64,000 bases of DNA from Octopus sinensis (taxonomy: Eukaryota), in NCBI RefSeq assembly GCF_006345805.1, contig NC_042999.1, positions 44,950,001-45,014,000 on the forward strand, written 5' to 3'. The notes beneath the pieces were generated by a model. The model did no database searches. It was not told where the DNA came from and saw nothing but the letters and a program-made list of their open reading frames with translations. Below are positions 26,741 to 38,978 of the stretch, in pieces; within the stretch, counting starts at the first letter, position 1; each line of letters begins with the position of its first letter. Position numbers and translations under genes: made by a program.

Positions 26741-27644
26741 GATAGATAAATGTACAGAGAAAATTCTAATAAAAAAAGAGCAACCTTCCAACATATTTTA
26801 TTGCAAAGACTTTTGAATCAAGTGAATGAGTTTAAAAACAATTATATTAAAAGAACTGAAAAAGCGAAGGCATTTTTTTTTCTATTCATGAAAAGAAAAA
26901 AGAATTTATTTCTATTTAAAGTGTGCTAATAAGATTTAATAACCCAAATTTGAAACCTTGTACTTCTTTTAGAAATCAATATTAGATACAAAATTTAATT
27001 TTGTACAAAACTTTTTTGCTTCCACAGCAAATACTTGCTATCAAAGAAAAAAAAATCCATTCAGAGAAATTCTAGTCACATTTTCAAAATAAGCTGGAAA
27101 AAAAAAAGATGAAAACTAAAATAATCTTAAATTCAAGAATAATTATAGAAGTTTATAAAATGATTTAATCAATTAGATAACAATCTAAGTTGTTATAACA
27201 GGCAAAGAAAACAAGCATTTAAAATAATGTGATGAATTGGTTGGGTCATTAGAGCTATGGACAGAATGCTTTGAAATATTGATTTCAACTCTCTGCACTG
27301 TGAGTTCAAATCCTATTAAGGTCAGCTTTAGCTTTTAGCCTTTCAGGGTTGATAAATGAGTATCAATCTAATGCATTGGTTTGATGGAACTATAAGAATG
27401 TCAGAATGGGTGCTTTTCACTGTTTGCTCAGGCTCTTTGTGTTCTGAGTTCAAATCCTGGCTATTATGGTAGATTTAACCTGCTGCCCAGTTTAACACCA
27501 CCACCTGACCCCATGAGTACCTTTAGAGGGTTCCATTCTGTTGCAAACATTTGGGTCAGGCTTCCAGTCTGGGGACAACTTTCAGCCCCTCTCTCACCAG
27601 TCTCAGTGGGGGGCATAAATCGTCATGGACACTGCCTTCCCTTA

Positions 27645-28255
27645 GAGGCTGTGTGGTAAGAAGTTTGCTTCTCAACTACATGGTTCTGGGTTCAACCCCA
27701 CAGTGTAGTACTTTGGGCTGGAGTCTTCTACTATAATCCCAGGTTGACTAAAGCCTTGTGGATTTAATAAATGGAAACTTAAAAAGGCCCATTGTGCATA
27801 TGAGGGGACTACTGAAAAGTTTCTGGCTTTGGGTAAAAGAAAATACAAGAGGATCAGTTAATTATGATTTTATTCAACATATTCCCCTCTCAGATTCGCA
27901 CACTTATTGTAGGGGTACCTTTCAGTTTTTCTAAGCTCTGTAAAAGAATATGAAAGGTTGGGCCTACAATAGGGCCTTTTGTGATACCCTTAAAATCAAG
28001 AACCTTTCACCACCCCTTTGTATATGTGAGTATGTGTTTGCATTTGTTCTTCCCACTTGATAACCAGCATTGGTTTGTTTACATCTCCATAACTTATCAG
28101 TTTGGCAAAAGAGGTCAACAGGATAAAGTATGACTTTATAAAAAAAAACAGAAATAAAAAAAAAACAAGTGCTGGGGTTCATTTGTTCAAGTAAACCCTT
28201 CTAAGTATTGCCCCAGCATGGACACAGTCAATGATGAAAGATAAAAGATAAACCA
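27645..28255 (+). mobile_element. SINE A interrupted by a mariner end fragment (27800-27965)
   Basis: Head and tail of the SINE are separated by GAGGGGACTACTGAAAAGTTTCTGGC.., a mariner TIR-like sequence inserted at the microsatellite linker. Confidence 0.65.
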
Positions 28256-28733
28256 TACAAATATAAAATAATTTTCGATACATTTTTCTGTTAGACATTC
28301 AGTTATTGGATGTTGTCTTTCAACAGTGAATCTGGATGCAAATCAGCTATGTAGGACTCATAATTTGCCAATTTACTTAGCCTAATATTACCCCTAATCA
28401 ACACAACTTATGATCAAAGGTGTTCCAACCATGACCAAGTTGTCATTCATTAAGGTATATTTATATAGGAGTATATATCCTAATGTGTTCTTTTAGCCTT
28501 TTACTTGTTTCATTCATTTGACTGCATCCATGCTGGAACACCGCTTTAGAGGCTTTTTTTAATTGAAGAAATTAACCTCAGGACTTATTCTTTGTAAGCC
28601 TAGAACTTATTCTCTCAGTCTTTTTTGCTGAACCATTAAGTTACGGAGATATAAACACACCAACATCGGTTGTCAAGTGATGGTAAGGGAGCAAACACAG
28701 ACACAAAGACACACACATATAAATATATACATA

Positions 28734-29592
28734 TATTGGGTCATCCCATAAATAATGTGTTTTTTTTCAATTGCATGAACTGAAGGTAGGAGGGGGATGG
28801 GATAAACTACCTTCATCAAGCAGGTAGTAATTTTAAATTGTCCTTAATCTTAGTGCAAGTTTTAACAGTTATTTTTTTAAAGCTATAATGGAAGTAACAA
28901 AGGAACATATTCGGCATATATTGCTTTATGAGTTTAATAAAGGCAAAAAGTGTAAGGAATATTAATGCAGTATATAGGGATCAAACAATAAGCCAGAAAT
29001 TCCGAATAGGAAACTACACCCAAGAAGATGAGCCTCATCTTGGAAGATCTGTAGAGCTTGATGAGGAGGTCCTGCAAACCCTGGTGGGACAAAAACCCAT
29101 CATAACTGTTGACAGACTAGCAGAGAAGCTTGGATTTGCTCATACAACGATTCATTGACACCTGTGGGCCATCGGAAAATGACCATCTTTGGTTTCAAGA
29201 CAAAGGGTGTTCTTCCATCAAGATAATGCTCAGCCACATACAGCGAGGATATTTCAAAGGCTGGAGCAGTTTGTATGGGAAACAATGCCCCATCTACCAT
29301 ATTCACCAGATATTGCCCCATCTCATTATCATTTATTCTGCAGTCTTCAAAATCATTTGGATGGAAAAGATACGAATTCTCTAGACGAGGTTAGAACAGT
29401 ACTGGAGGAGTATTTTTCGTCATGGACAAGTGAATTTTAGAAGAGCGGCCCTGGAAGTCTACCAGATAGATGGAAGACCATTGTAGAAAATGAAGGAGAG
29501 TATATTTTAGATTAAAAAAGAACTTAGTTTATTTTAATCTTAAAAATTAAAAGAAGTATAAAAAAACCGCATTTTGGGGGGGATAACCTAAT
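28734..29592 (+). mobile_element. Internally deleted mariner
   Basis: TIRs TATTGGGTCATCCCATAAATAATG and CCGCATTTT..GGGATAACCTAAT; HQDNAQPH, PYSPDIAPSHYHLFCSLQNHL. Confidence 0.88.
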
Positions 29593-30029
29593 CAGGTCAT
29601 CCCATAAGTTTTGTCCAAATTTTGAATAAAGAAAACAAGTGATCAAATGCGATATTTAATTGAAATTTAATCATCATTGTACTTTCCCTGATTATCTATG
29701 ACTTCCTTCCATCTATTTACAAGCTTTTTAATCCCATCAATGTAAAACTCTTTTGGTTTCAAAGTGAAGAACTCTGAAATATTAGTTTCAATCTCTCCCT
29801 GGCTTGCGAAAGTTATGTCCCACAAATGATTCTGTAAACTACGAAACAAATGGTAGTCTGAAGGAGCAAGGTCATGAGAATAAGGTGGACGAGGAATTTT
29901 TTCCCAACCAAGCTCTTTGCTCTTCTGTGATGCATAAAAAATAATTTTTAATTCCTTTAGACATTCTAAAATACTATTAAATTTCATTCAATTTTAAAAA
30001 AGGTAAAGTCGGACAGAACTAACCTGATA
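29590..30029 (-). mobile_element. Second deleted mariner, tail-to-tail with the first
   Basis: Ends ATCAGGTCATCCCATAAGTTTTGTCC and GGACAGAACTAACCTGATA; ORF LGWEKIPRPPYSHDLAPSDYHLFRSLQNHL..RWKEVIDNQGKY. Confidence 0.85.
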
Positions 30030-30749
30030 CAATGGGTTTCTTTCAGTTTCCATTCACCAAATCCACCCACAAGGCTTTAGTTGGCCTGGGGCAATAATAG
30101 AAGACACTTGCCCAAGGTGCCATGCAGTGGAACTGAACCTGGAACTATATGGGTGAGAAGCAAGCTTCTTGCCACACAACCACACTTGAACCTTTTATTT
30201 TTTAGATGATTAGGCATGATTTGAAAGAGATTTGGTTGCTATTTCTAACAAACTGAGTGACCACATGCAGATGCCCTTGTTTGCTTACCTCATTTCTAAG
30301 ATTGGCTCACAGGAGGGTTAGGATTAGGCAAAATAACAATGCTAAGTGGTCTAAATTTAGAGGTCACAACAAGACAAAGTGATATTGCAATAGCAATTTT
30401 CAGTTAAATGGATGAGACCCATTAAAGCCAAGTGTTTTGGTCATGGACACAATGCATTATTCAGTTATATAGGCTGATTGTCTGGTTTCCTGTCTACTCT
30501 GCTATATATGCACACATATGAGCACCCCCCCACACACACATGCACACACGCCCCCCCACACACACACAAGTGCACGCGCACACACACAGTTATGACAGAC
30601 TCACACATCTAGTTATTCAAATTTTACTCTCTTGATCATCACATGGATACAAAGTGTATAAATAACCATAAATAACAATTGGTATTGAATACTAATTTGA
30701 AATTCTTGTCTGCATGTATGTACACTATATACTTAGTCAAAGTGTTTAT

Positions 30750-31318
30750 CAGTATGAACAAAATTTGGTTAGCAGATGGTGACTGCATGTACCTACTGCT
30801 GATAAAGTGTAAACATGCTGAAATCATGTGATCCAGCAGTTCTACAGCTGGTGCTGGACATTTTTTATCCTCTACTAATATTTTGTGTGTTTAAATACTA
30901 CATGTCCATGTGAGATGCTTCTCCAGGATAAATACTGCAGTTTATGGCATTCTTAAACTACATCCCAGTTACATCTGATATAAAGATTGCTATTTGGTAA
31001 TACTGCTTCCTTCACTAATAACTAAGTTTTACCCCACCTGTCAGCTATTTACAACACTAGTGATTGGTCACTGTTTTTCTATAAATAAGTATTAGCAAAA
31101 TGTGGCTAGCAGATGGTGATAGAAGATATCTGCCTCTGATGAAGGGCAAGCAGGCTGAAATTATGTGATCTAGCAGTTTCACTGCTAGTGCTGGACAGTT
31201 TTTGATTACTGCTGATATTCTGTGTTTTTTATCACTATACATCAATATGAGATGCTTTCTACAAAGAATGGCTCAGTTTATGGAATTCTTAAAGTACATC
31301 CAAGTTATAAAGATTGAT
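30750..31318. repeat. Diverged tandem duplication (~235 bp, period ~335 bp) with codon-patterned substitutions
   Basis: Minus frame CPAPAVELLDHMISACLHFISSRYMQSPSANQIL vs CPALAVKLLDHIISACLPFIRGRYLLSPSASHIL. Confidence 0.85.
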
Positions 31319-31446
31319 ATAGATACATACATTCACACACACACACATGTATATATATATAAGGACACAGATAGTATGTTTTACAAGCTGACCACTGATA
31401 AGATCAGTAATTGATTTTCTCCTTAATTATGCATGCATGTATGTAT

Positions 31447-31487
<41 letters not shown>

Positions 31488-31488
<1 letters not shown>

Positions 31489-31809
31489 GACTCCGCCGGT
31501 TACGACGACGAGGGTCCCAGCTGATACGATCAACGGAACAGCTTGCTCGTGAAATTAACGTGCAAATGGCTGAGCATTCCACAGACACGTGTACCCTTAA
31601 CGTAGTTCTCGGGGATAATCAGCGTGACACAGAGAGTGACAAGGCTGACCCTTTGAAATACAAGTACAACTCATTCTTGCCAGCTGAGTGGACTGGAGCA
31701 ACGTGAAATAAAGTGTCTTGCTCAAGGACACAACGCGCCGCCGGGAATCTAACTCACAACCTTACGATCATGAGCCGAATGCCCTAACCACTAAGCCACG
31801 CGCCTTCAC
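31488..31809 (-). mobile_element. Near full-length, CpG-rich tRNA-headed SINE (family D)
   Basis: Minus head GTGAAGGCGCGTGGCTTAGTGGTTAGGGCATTCGGCTCATGATCGTAAGGTTGTGAGTTAGATTCCCGGC. Confidence 0.9.
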
Positions 31810-31812
31810 ATA

Positions 31813-31853
<41 letters not shown>

Positions 31854-32007
31854 AAAATATAGGGGTTTAGTTCACAGGTGATCTAAGTGATGAGCTATGC
31901 TAGGTAATTGCTGTAATGGATTACTAAGGCTTCAAGGTTATAGCCGAGATGGAGTTATGGAGCCATTGAAGATTTCCTCTTTAACAATTATATATATATT
32001 TATATGC

Positions 32008-32034
<27 letters not shown>

Positions 32035-32039
<5 letters not shown>

Positions 32040-34097
32040 TTAATAAGGGTGAGAGAATTAGATACTAATTTAATAGTATATCCATTCAACACCAAGTGGC
32101 CTAGTGCTCCGAGAAACCTGGATTATTATAATATTTTATACGTATTATAATATTTTTACAAAATAATATAGAGAGTGGTCACTATATGGCTCACTCTAGC
32201 ACCAGTTAATCCAAAAGGTTTCACCACCGAAACGAAAATACATGTTTCCCATGAAAGTCAGTACGATTGTTAGCTCACACGGACAGGGCAAATAAAAAAT
32301 AACAAAAATAAGATTATTTTGGGACAATTCGTATGTTTTTATTAAATGTATAATGTAATGATTTTACTTACAAAAAAAACTCCATTTGTAGCTCGTCAGC
32401 CAAAACTATCTGATGAAATCCAATCAATCACACGCCAGATTTTACCATAACGATAAATACGCGTGTGGTTCAATTGATTACATCCGACGTTATAATTCAA
32501 ATGCCCCAACTAACAGCGCGCCAAGCTTTCACGGAAAACAAATACAGCATTTAGAAATAAATGCCATAATTATAATTAATTATATAAGGGTGAGAGAATT
32601 AGATACTAATTTAATAGTATATCCATTCAACACCAAGTGGCCTAGTGCTCCGAGAAACCTGGATTATTATAATATTTTATAACGTATTATAATATTTTTA
32701 CAAAATAAATATAAGAGAGTGGTCACTATATGGCTCACTCTAGCACCAGTTAATCCAAAGGTTCAACCACGAAAATACATGTTTCCATGAAAGTCAGTAC
32801 GATTGTTAGCTCACACGGACAGGGCAAATAAAAAATAACAAAAAAAAATACAGATTATTTTGGGACAATGTTTCGCTATTAATGAATTATAAATGTAATT
32901 TTACTTACAAAAAAAACTCCATTTGTAGCTCGTCAGCCAAAACTATCTGGATGAAATCCACTCAATCACACGCCAGATTTACCAAACGATAAATACGCGC
33001 GTGTGGTTCAATTGATTACATCCGACGTATAATTCAAATGCCCCAACTAACAGCGCGCCAAGCTTTCACGGAAAACAAATACAGCATTTAGAAATAAATG
33101 CAGCATAATTATAATTAATTAATAAGGGTGAGAGAATTAGATACTAATTTAATAGTATATCCATTCAAACACAAGTGGCCTAGTGCTCCGAGAACCTGGA
33201 TTATTATAATATTTTATAACGTATTTATAATTTTTTACAAAATAAATATAAGAGAGTGGTCACTATATGGCTCACTCTAGCACCAGTTAATCCAAAAGGT
33301 TTCAACCACGAAAATACATGTTTCCCATGAAAGTCAGTACGATTGTTAGCTCACAGGACAGGCAAATAAAAAATAACAAAAATACAGATTATTTTGGGAC
33401 AATGTTTCGCTATTAATGAATTAAATGTAATTTTACTTACAAAAAAAACTCCATTTGAGCTCGTCAGCCAAAACTATCTGGATGAAATCCACTCAATCAA
33501 ACGCCAGATTTTACCATAACGATAAATACGCGTGTGGTTCAATTGATTACATCCGACGTTATAATTCAAATGCCCCAACTAACAGCGCGCCAAACTTTCA
33601 CGGAAAACAAATACAGCATTTAGAAATAAATGCAGCATAATTATAATTAAATTAATAAGGGTGAGAGAATAGATACTAATTTAATAGTATATCCATTCAA
33701 CACCAAGTGGCCTAGTGCTCCGAGAAACCTGGATTATTATAATATTTTTTATAACGTATTATAATATTTTTACAAAATAAATATAAGAGAGTGGTCACTA
33801 TATGGCTCACTCTAGCACCAGTTAATCCAAGAGGTTTCAACCACGAAAATACATGTTTCCCATGAAAGTAAGTACGATTGTTAGCTCACACGGACAGGGC
33901 AAATAAAAAATAACAAAAATACAGATTATTTTGGGACAATTGTTTCGCTATTAATGAATTAAATGTAATTTTACTTACAAAAAAAACTCCATTTGTAGCT
34001 CGTCAGCCAAAACTATCTGGATGAAATCCACTCAATCACACGCCAGATTTTACCATAACGATAAATACGCGTGTGGTTCAATTGATTACATCCGACG
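32035..34097 (-). repeat. ~540-bp tandem array, 3.8 units, each with a minus-strand hammerhead (left arm of palindrome)
   Basis: Unit starts (AAGGGTGAGA) at 32045, 32585, 33124 and 33656. Hammerhead C17 at 32323 (degenerate), 32864, 33398 and 33935. Confidence 0.95.
33929..34012 (-). ncRNA. Type I minimal hammerhead ribozyme, intact copy
   Basis: UUUUGG CUGACGA GCUA..UAGC GAAA C AAUU G UC CCAAAA. Confidence 0.9.
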
Positions 34098-35003
34098 CGT
34101 TTGGATTACATCCAAAGTTTGGCGCGCTGTTAGTTGGGGCATTGAATTAGAAAGTGTCGGATGTAATCAATTGAACACACGCGTATTTATCGGTTATGGT
34201 AAAATCTGGCGTGTGATTGAGTGGATTTCATCCAGATAGTTTTGGCTGACGAGCTACAAATGGAGTTTTTTTGTAAGTAAAATTACATTTAATTCATTAA
34301 TAGCGAAACAATTGTCCCAAAATAATCTGTATTTTTGTTATTTTTTATTTGCCCTGTCCGTGTGAGCTAACATCGTACTGACTTCATGGAAACATGTTTT
34401 TCGTGGTTGAAACCTTTGGATTAACTGGTGCTAGAGTAGCCCTATAGTGACCCTCTCTCTTATATTTATTTTGTAAAAATATTATAATACGTTATAAAAT
34501 ATTATAATAATCGGTTTCTCGGAGCACTAGGCCTTGTGTTGAATGGATTACTATTAAATTAGTATCTAATTCTCTCACCCTTATTAATTAATTATAATTA
34601 TGCTGCATTTATTTCTAAATGCTGTATTTTGTTTTCCGTGAAATTTTTGGCGCGCTGTTAGTTGGGGCATTTGAATTATAACGTCGGATGTAATCAATTG
34701 AACCACACGCGTATTTATCGTTATGGTAAAATCTGGCCTGTGATTGAGTGGATTTCATCCGATAGTTTTGGCTGACGAGCTACAAATGGAGTTTTTTTTT
34801 TGTAAGTAAAATTACATTTAATTCTTAATAGCGAACAATTGTCCCAAAATAATCTGTATTTTTGTTATTTTTTATTGCCCTGTCCGTGTGAGCTAACAAT
34901 CGTACTGACTTTCATGGGAACATGTATTTTGCGTGTTTGAAACCTTTTGGATTACTGGTGCTAGAGTGAGCCATATAGTGACCACTCTCTTATATTTATT
35001 TAT
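34098..35003 (+). repeat. Inverted arm of the same array, ~1.7 units, hammerheads on the plus strand
   Basis: Reverse complement of the left-arm unit; ends in (TA)n. Confidence 0.95.
34240..34322 (+). ncRNA. Type I minimal hammerhead ribozyme, intact; predicted cleavage after C34316
   Basis: Stem I 34240-34245 with 34317-34322 (extends via CAGAT/ATCTG); core CTGACGA 34246-34252; stem II GCTA/TAGC; GAAA 34305-34308; GTC 34314-34316. Confidence 0.92.
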
Positions 35004-35016
35004 ATTATATATATAT

Positions 35017-35069
<53 letters not shown>

Positions 35070-35087
35070 TATATACATATATTATAC

Positions 35088-35151
<64 letters not shown>

Positions 35152-35153
<2 letters not shown>

Positions 35154-35486
35154 TCATCATCATCATCATCATCGTTTAGCGTCCGTTTTCCATGCTAGCA
35201 TGGGTTGGACGGTTCTACTGGGGTCTGTGAAGCCAGAAGGCTTCATCAGGCCCAGTCAAATCTCGCAGTGTTTCTACGGCTGGATGCCCTTCCTAACGCC
35301 AACCACTCCGTGAGTGTAGTGGGTGCTTTTTACGTGCCACCCGCACTGGTGCCAGACAGAGCTGGCAAACGGCCACGAACAGATGGTGCTTTTTATGTGC
35401 CACCGGCACGAGGGCCAGGCGAGGCTGGCAACGGACACGAAACGGGGCGGTGCTGGCAACGGTCGCGAAACGGAAAGTTCTCTTAC

Positions 35487-35519
<33 letters not shown>

Positions 35520-35764
35520 TACACACACATACACATAAATATATATATGTATGTGTGTATATATATATATATATGTATATATATATACATACAGGCATAG
35601 AAGTGGTTGTGTGGTAAGTAGCTTGCTTACGAACCACATGGTTCTGAGTTCAGTCCCACTGCGTAACACTTTGGGCAAGTGTCTTCTACTATAGCTTCGG
35701 GCTGACCAAAGCCTTGTGAGTGGATTTGGTAGATGGAAACTGAAAGAAGCCTGTCGTATATATG

Positions 35765-35795
<31 letters not shown>

Positions 35796-35999
35796 ATGTG
35801 TATGTATGTCTGTGTTTGTCCCCTAAACATTGCTTGATAACCGCTGCTGGTGTGTTTACGTCTGTGTAACAGCGGTCTGGCAAAAGAGACCGATAGAATA
35901 AGTACTAGGGTTACAAAGAATAAGTTCTGGGGTTGATTTGTTTGACTAAAGGCGGTGCTCCAGCATGGCCACAGTAAATGACTGAAACAAGTAAAAGAG

Positions 36000-36034
<35 letters not shown>

Positions 36035-36214
36035 GTATATATATGTATGTATGTCATCATCATCATCATCATCATCATCATTTAGCGTCCGTTCTCCATG
36101 CTAGCATGGGTTGGACGGTTCAACTGGGGTCTGTGAAGCTGGAAGGCTTCATCAGGCCCAGTCAGATCTGGCAGTGTTTCTACGGCTGGATGCCCTTCCT
36201 AACGCCAATATGTG

Positions 36215-36245
<31 letters not shown>

Positions 36246-36449
36246 ATGTGTATGTATGTCTGTGTTTGTCCCCTAAACATTGCTTGATAACCGCTGCTGG
36301 TGTGTTTACGTCTGTGTAACAGCGGTCTGGCAAAAGAGACCGATAGAATAAGTACTAGGGTTACAAAGAATAAGTTCTGGGGTTGATTTGTTTGACTAAA
36401 GGCGGTGCTCCAGCATGGCCACAGTAAATGACTGAAACAAGTAAAAGAG

Positions 36450-36484
<35 letters not shown>

Positions 36485-36660
36485 GTATATATATGTATGT
36501 ATGTCATCATCATCATCATCATCATCATTTAGCGTCCGTTCTCCATGCTAGCATGGGTTGGACGGTTCAACTGGGGTCTGTGAAGCTGGAAGGCTTCATC
36601 AGGCCCAGTCAGATCTGGCAGTGTTTCTACGGCTGGATGCCCTTCCTAACGCCAATATGT
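35152..36660. mobile_element. SINE B minus (35152-35475), SINE A plus (35595-36000), then a near-exact ~450-bp tandem duplication (~35760-36207 and ~36208-36657)
   Basis: Direct comparison: SINE A tail, (TA)n, (CAT)n and SINE B fragment are repeated almost identically. Confidence 0.88.
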
Positions 36661-36662
36661 GT

Positions 36663-36714
<52 letters not shown>

Positions 36715-36715
36715 A

Positions 36716-37254
36716 TACAAGGTGCAGTGAATTAACTGTCATCTACATTACGTATAACTGAAAATAACACAGACATCTTATTTTAACAGATATATTTACC
36801 AAAATTATATAAAAATATCTTGAAATACTATAGAGTGAATTTATTCAATAAAATCGCCATTGGCTTCAACCACAGCCTCCAGACGACTTTGGAATCTCCT
36901 ACAACTCTTCTGGACGGTCTCCTTATCTAAGTTGGTGAATACTGCCATAATTTTTACTTTTGGTTCATCTTTGCTGTTACAAGGAATTTTGTTGGTCTTT
37001 CACTGAACTGCACCCCATACATAATAATCAAGGGGCTTGCTGCCTGGGGAGTTAGGTGGCCAGATGTTAGGGGTGATGTGGTCGCAGAAGTTTCTGACAG
37101 CCATGACTGGACTTTTCTGAGTGAATTGCGTGATGGTGCTGTTTTTCTCACAGACAGTCCCCAACTGACCCTACTATACTGTGTAGTTGACAAAATAAAA
37201 AAAAAATGCACATGCATAAAACTAAAACTATAAGATGACTTATCACACCCTGTA
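36716..37254 (-). mobile_element. Deleted Tc1/mariner-superfamily element (maT/DD37D-like)
   Basis: Ends TACAAGGTG and CACCCTGTA; minus QSWLSE..ITPNIWPPNSP..LDYYVWGAV..RRFQSRLEAVVEANGDFIE*. Confidence 0.82.
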
Positions 37255-38143
37255 TACACACCCTGTATATACACACACGCACACACACATATCTATAGAT
37301 GTATGTAGGTATGTATGTTATATTTCTATATGTCATCAGGGGATTGTGTTTGCAAGTATTTCTATTCACAAAATATATTTACACCCAAATTGAAAAGAAT
37401 CCAATACCTGGGATAGAGTAAATTTATTGCGTATATTAGTTCCGGAAGGTTAGTGGTAAGAGATCCAATATATTTGGTAGCTCACTCTGAATTTATCATG
37501 GGAAATTACATCGTGGTAAATATATCGTCTGCAATTTCATTTTGTTACCTGGTAGATTTATCATAAAGTAATTACATCACAACTCAATACAACAATATTA
37601 AATTCATCATCATACTTGTCATTGTCAGACAAAACACAACACTAAACATAATTTGAAATTTTTATTTCTAAATCATCATATTTCAATATAAATGACAAAA
37701 ATAATTCCAAGACAAAATTATTGTATCCATTTATTCTTTACCTTTCACCTTCTACTTGTTTCAGCCATTGGATTGAGGCCATGCTGGGGCATTATCCAGA
37801 AGGGTTTTGTCAAACACATCAACCCTAGTATTTATTTTTAAGGTTGATTCTTATTCCATGGGCTTTTTTTGCTGAATCACCAAGTTCATGAGGATATAAA
37901 CCAGGAGTGGGGAAAGTCCCATCTGTGGGTGCACTTGTGCCTGTGAACCCATGTTATTGTACCCATTGGCTCATATACTCATATGTACAAAATATAGTAA
38001 ATTTTTCAGTTATAAAATTTGTACAATATTTGTATGCCTTTTTGCGACATAAATCATGTATCCACTATGATTTAAAATGGTTAGACTCAAAAAGAAATCG
38101 CCTGGTAATTACCATTTGAAAGGAAAATTTGTTTTCACTATAA

Positions 38144-38924
38144 GCGGCTGTGTGGTAAGTAGCTTGTTTACCAACAACATGGTTCTGGGTTCAGTCCCAC
38201 TGCGTGGCACCTTGGGCAAGTGTCTTTTACTATAGCCTCGGGCCGACCAAAGCCTTGTGAGTAGATTTGGTAGACGGAAACTGAAAGAAGCCCGTTGTAT
38301 ATATGTATATATATATATGTATGTGTGTGTGTTTGTGTGTCTGTGTTTGTCCCCCTAGCATTGCTTGACAACTGATGCTGGTGTGTTTATGTTCCCGTTA
38401 CCTAGCGGTTTGGCAAAAGAGACCAATAGAATAAGTACTGGGCTTACAAAAGAATAAGTCCCGGGGTCGAGTTGCTCGATTAAAGGCAGTGCTCCAGCAT
38501 GGCTGCAGTCAAATGACTGAAACAAGTAAAAGAGTAAAAAGAGAGAGAGATATTGCTAGGCTTGTACCACCCTCTTGAGATCTAACTACACTCAAGTTGA
38601 AAAATATAGAATATCTCATAAGTAATATAAACGTCCTAAATTCAGTGACAGTGTTAATGAAGATGTTACACATTAATTCAAAGTGTTAAACTTATCTTTA
38701 TTAATGTATATCAAATTATACATAGATATACTCTTTTCCTTGTTTCAGTCCTTTTGAATGCGGCCATGCTGGATCACTGCCTTTAGTCAAGCAAATCGAC
38801 CCCAGGACTTATTCTTTGTAAGCCTAGTACTTATTCTATCGTTCTCTTTTGCCGAACCACTAAGTTACAGGGATGTAAACACACCAGCATCGGTTGTCAA
38901 GCGATCTTGGGGGGACAAATACAA

Positions 38925-38978
<54 letters not shown>

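Noticed and set aside
32413-34239. Repeated short ORFs (MKSTQSHARFYHNDKYACGSIDYIRR) in the 540-bp units
   Set aside because: They are antisense to the ribozyme strand, their frames are broken differently in each unit, and no domain is recognisable.
32035-35003. CRISPR-like or bacterial repeat array
   Set aside because: Whole units repeat with no unique spacers, and the context is eukaryotic.
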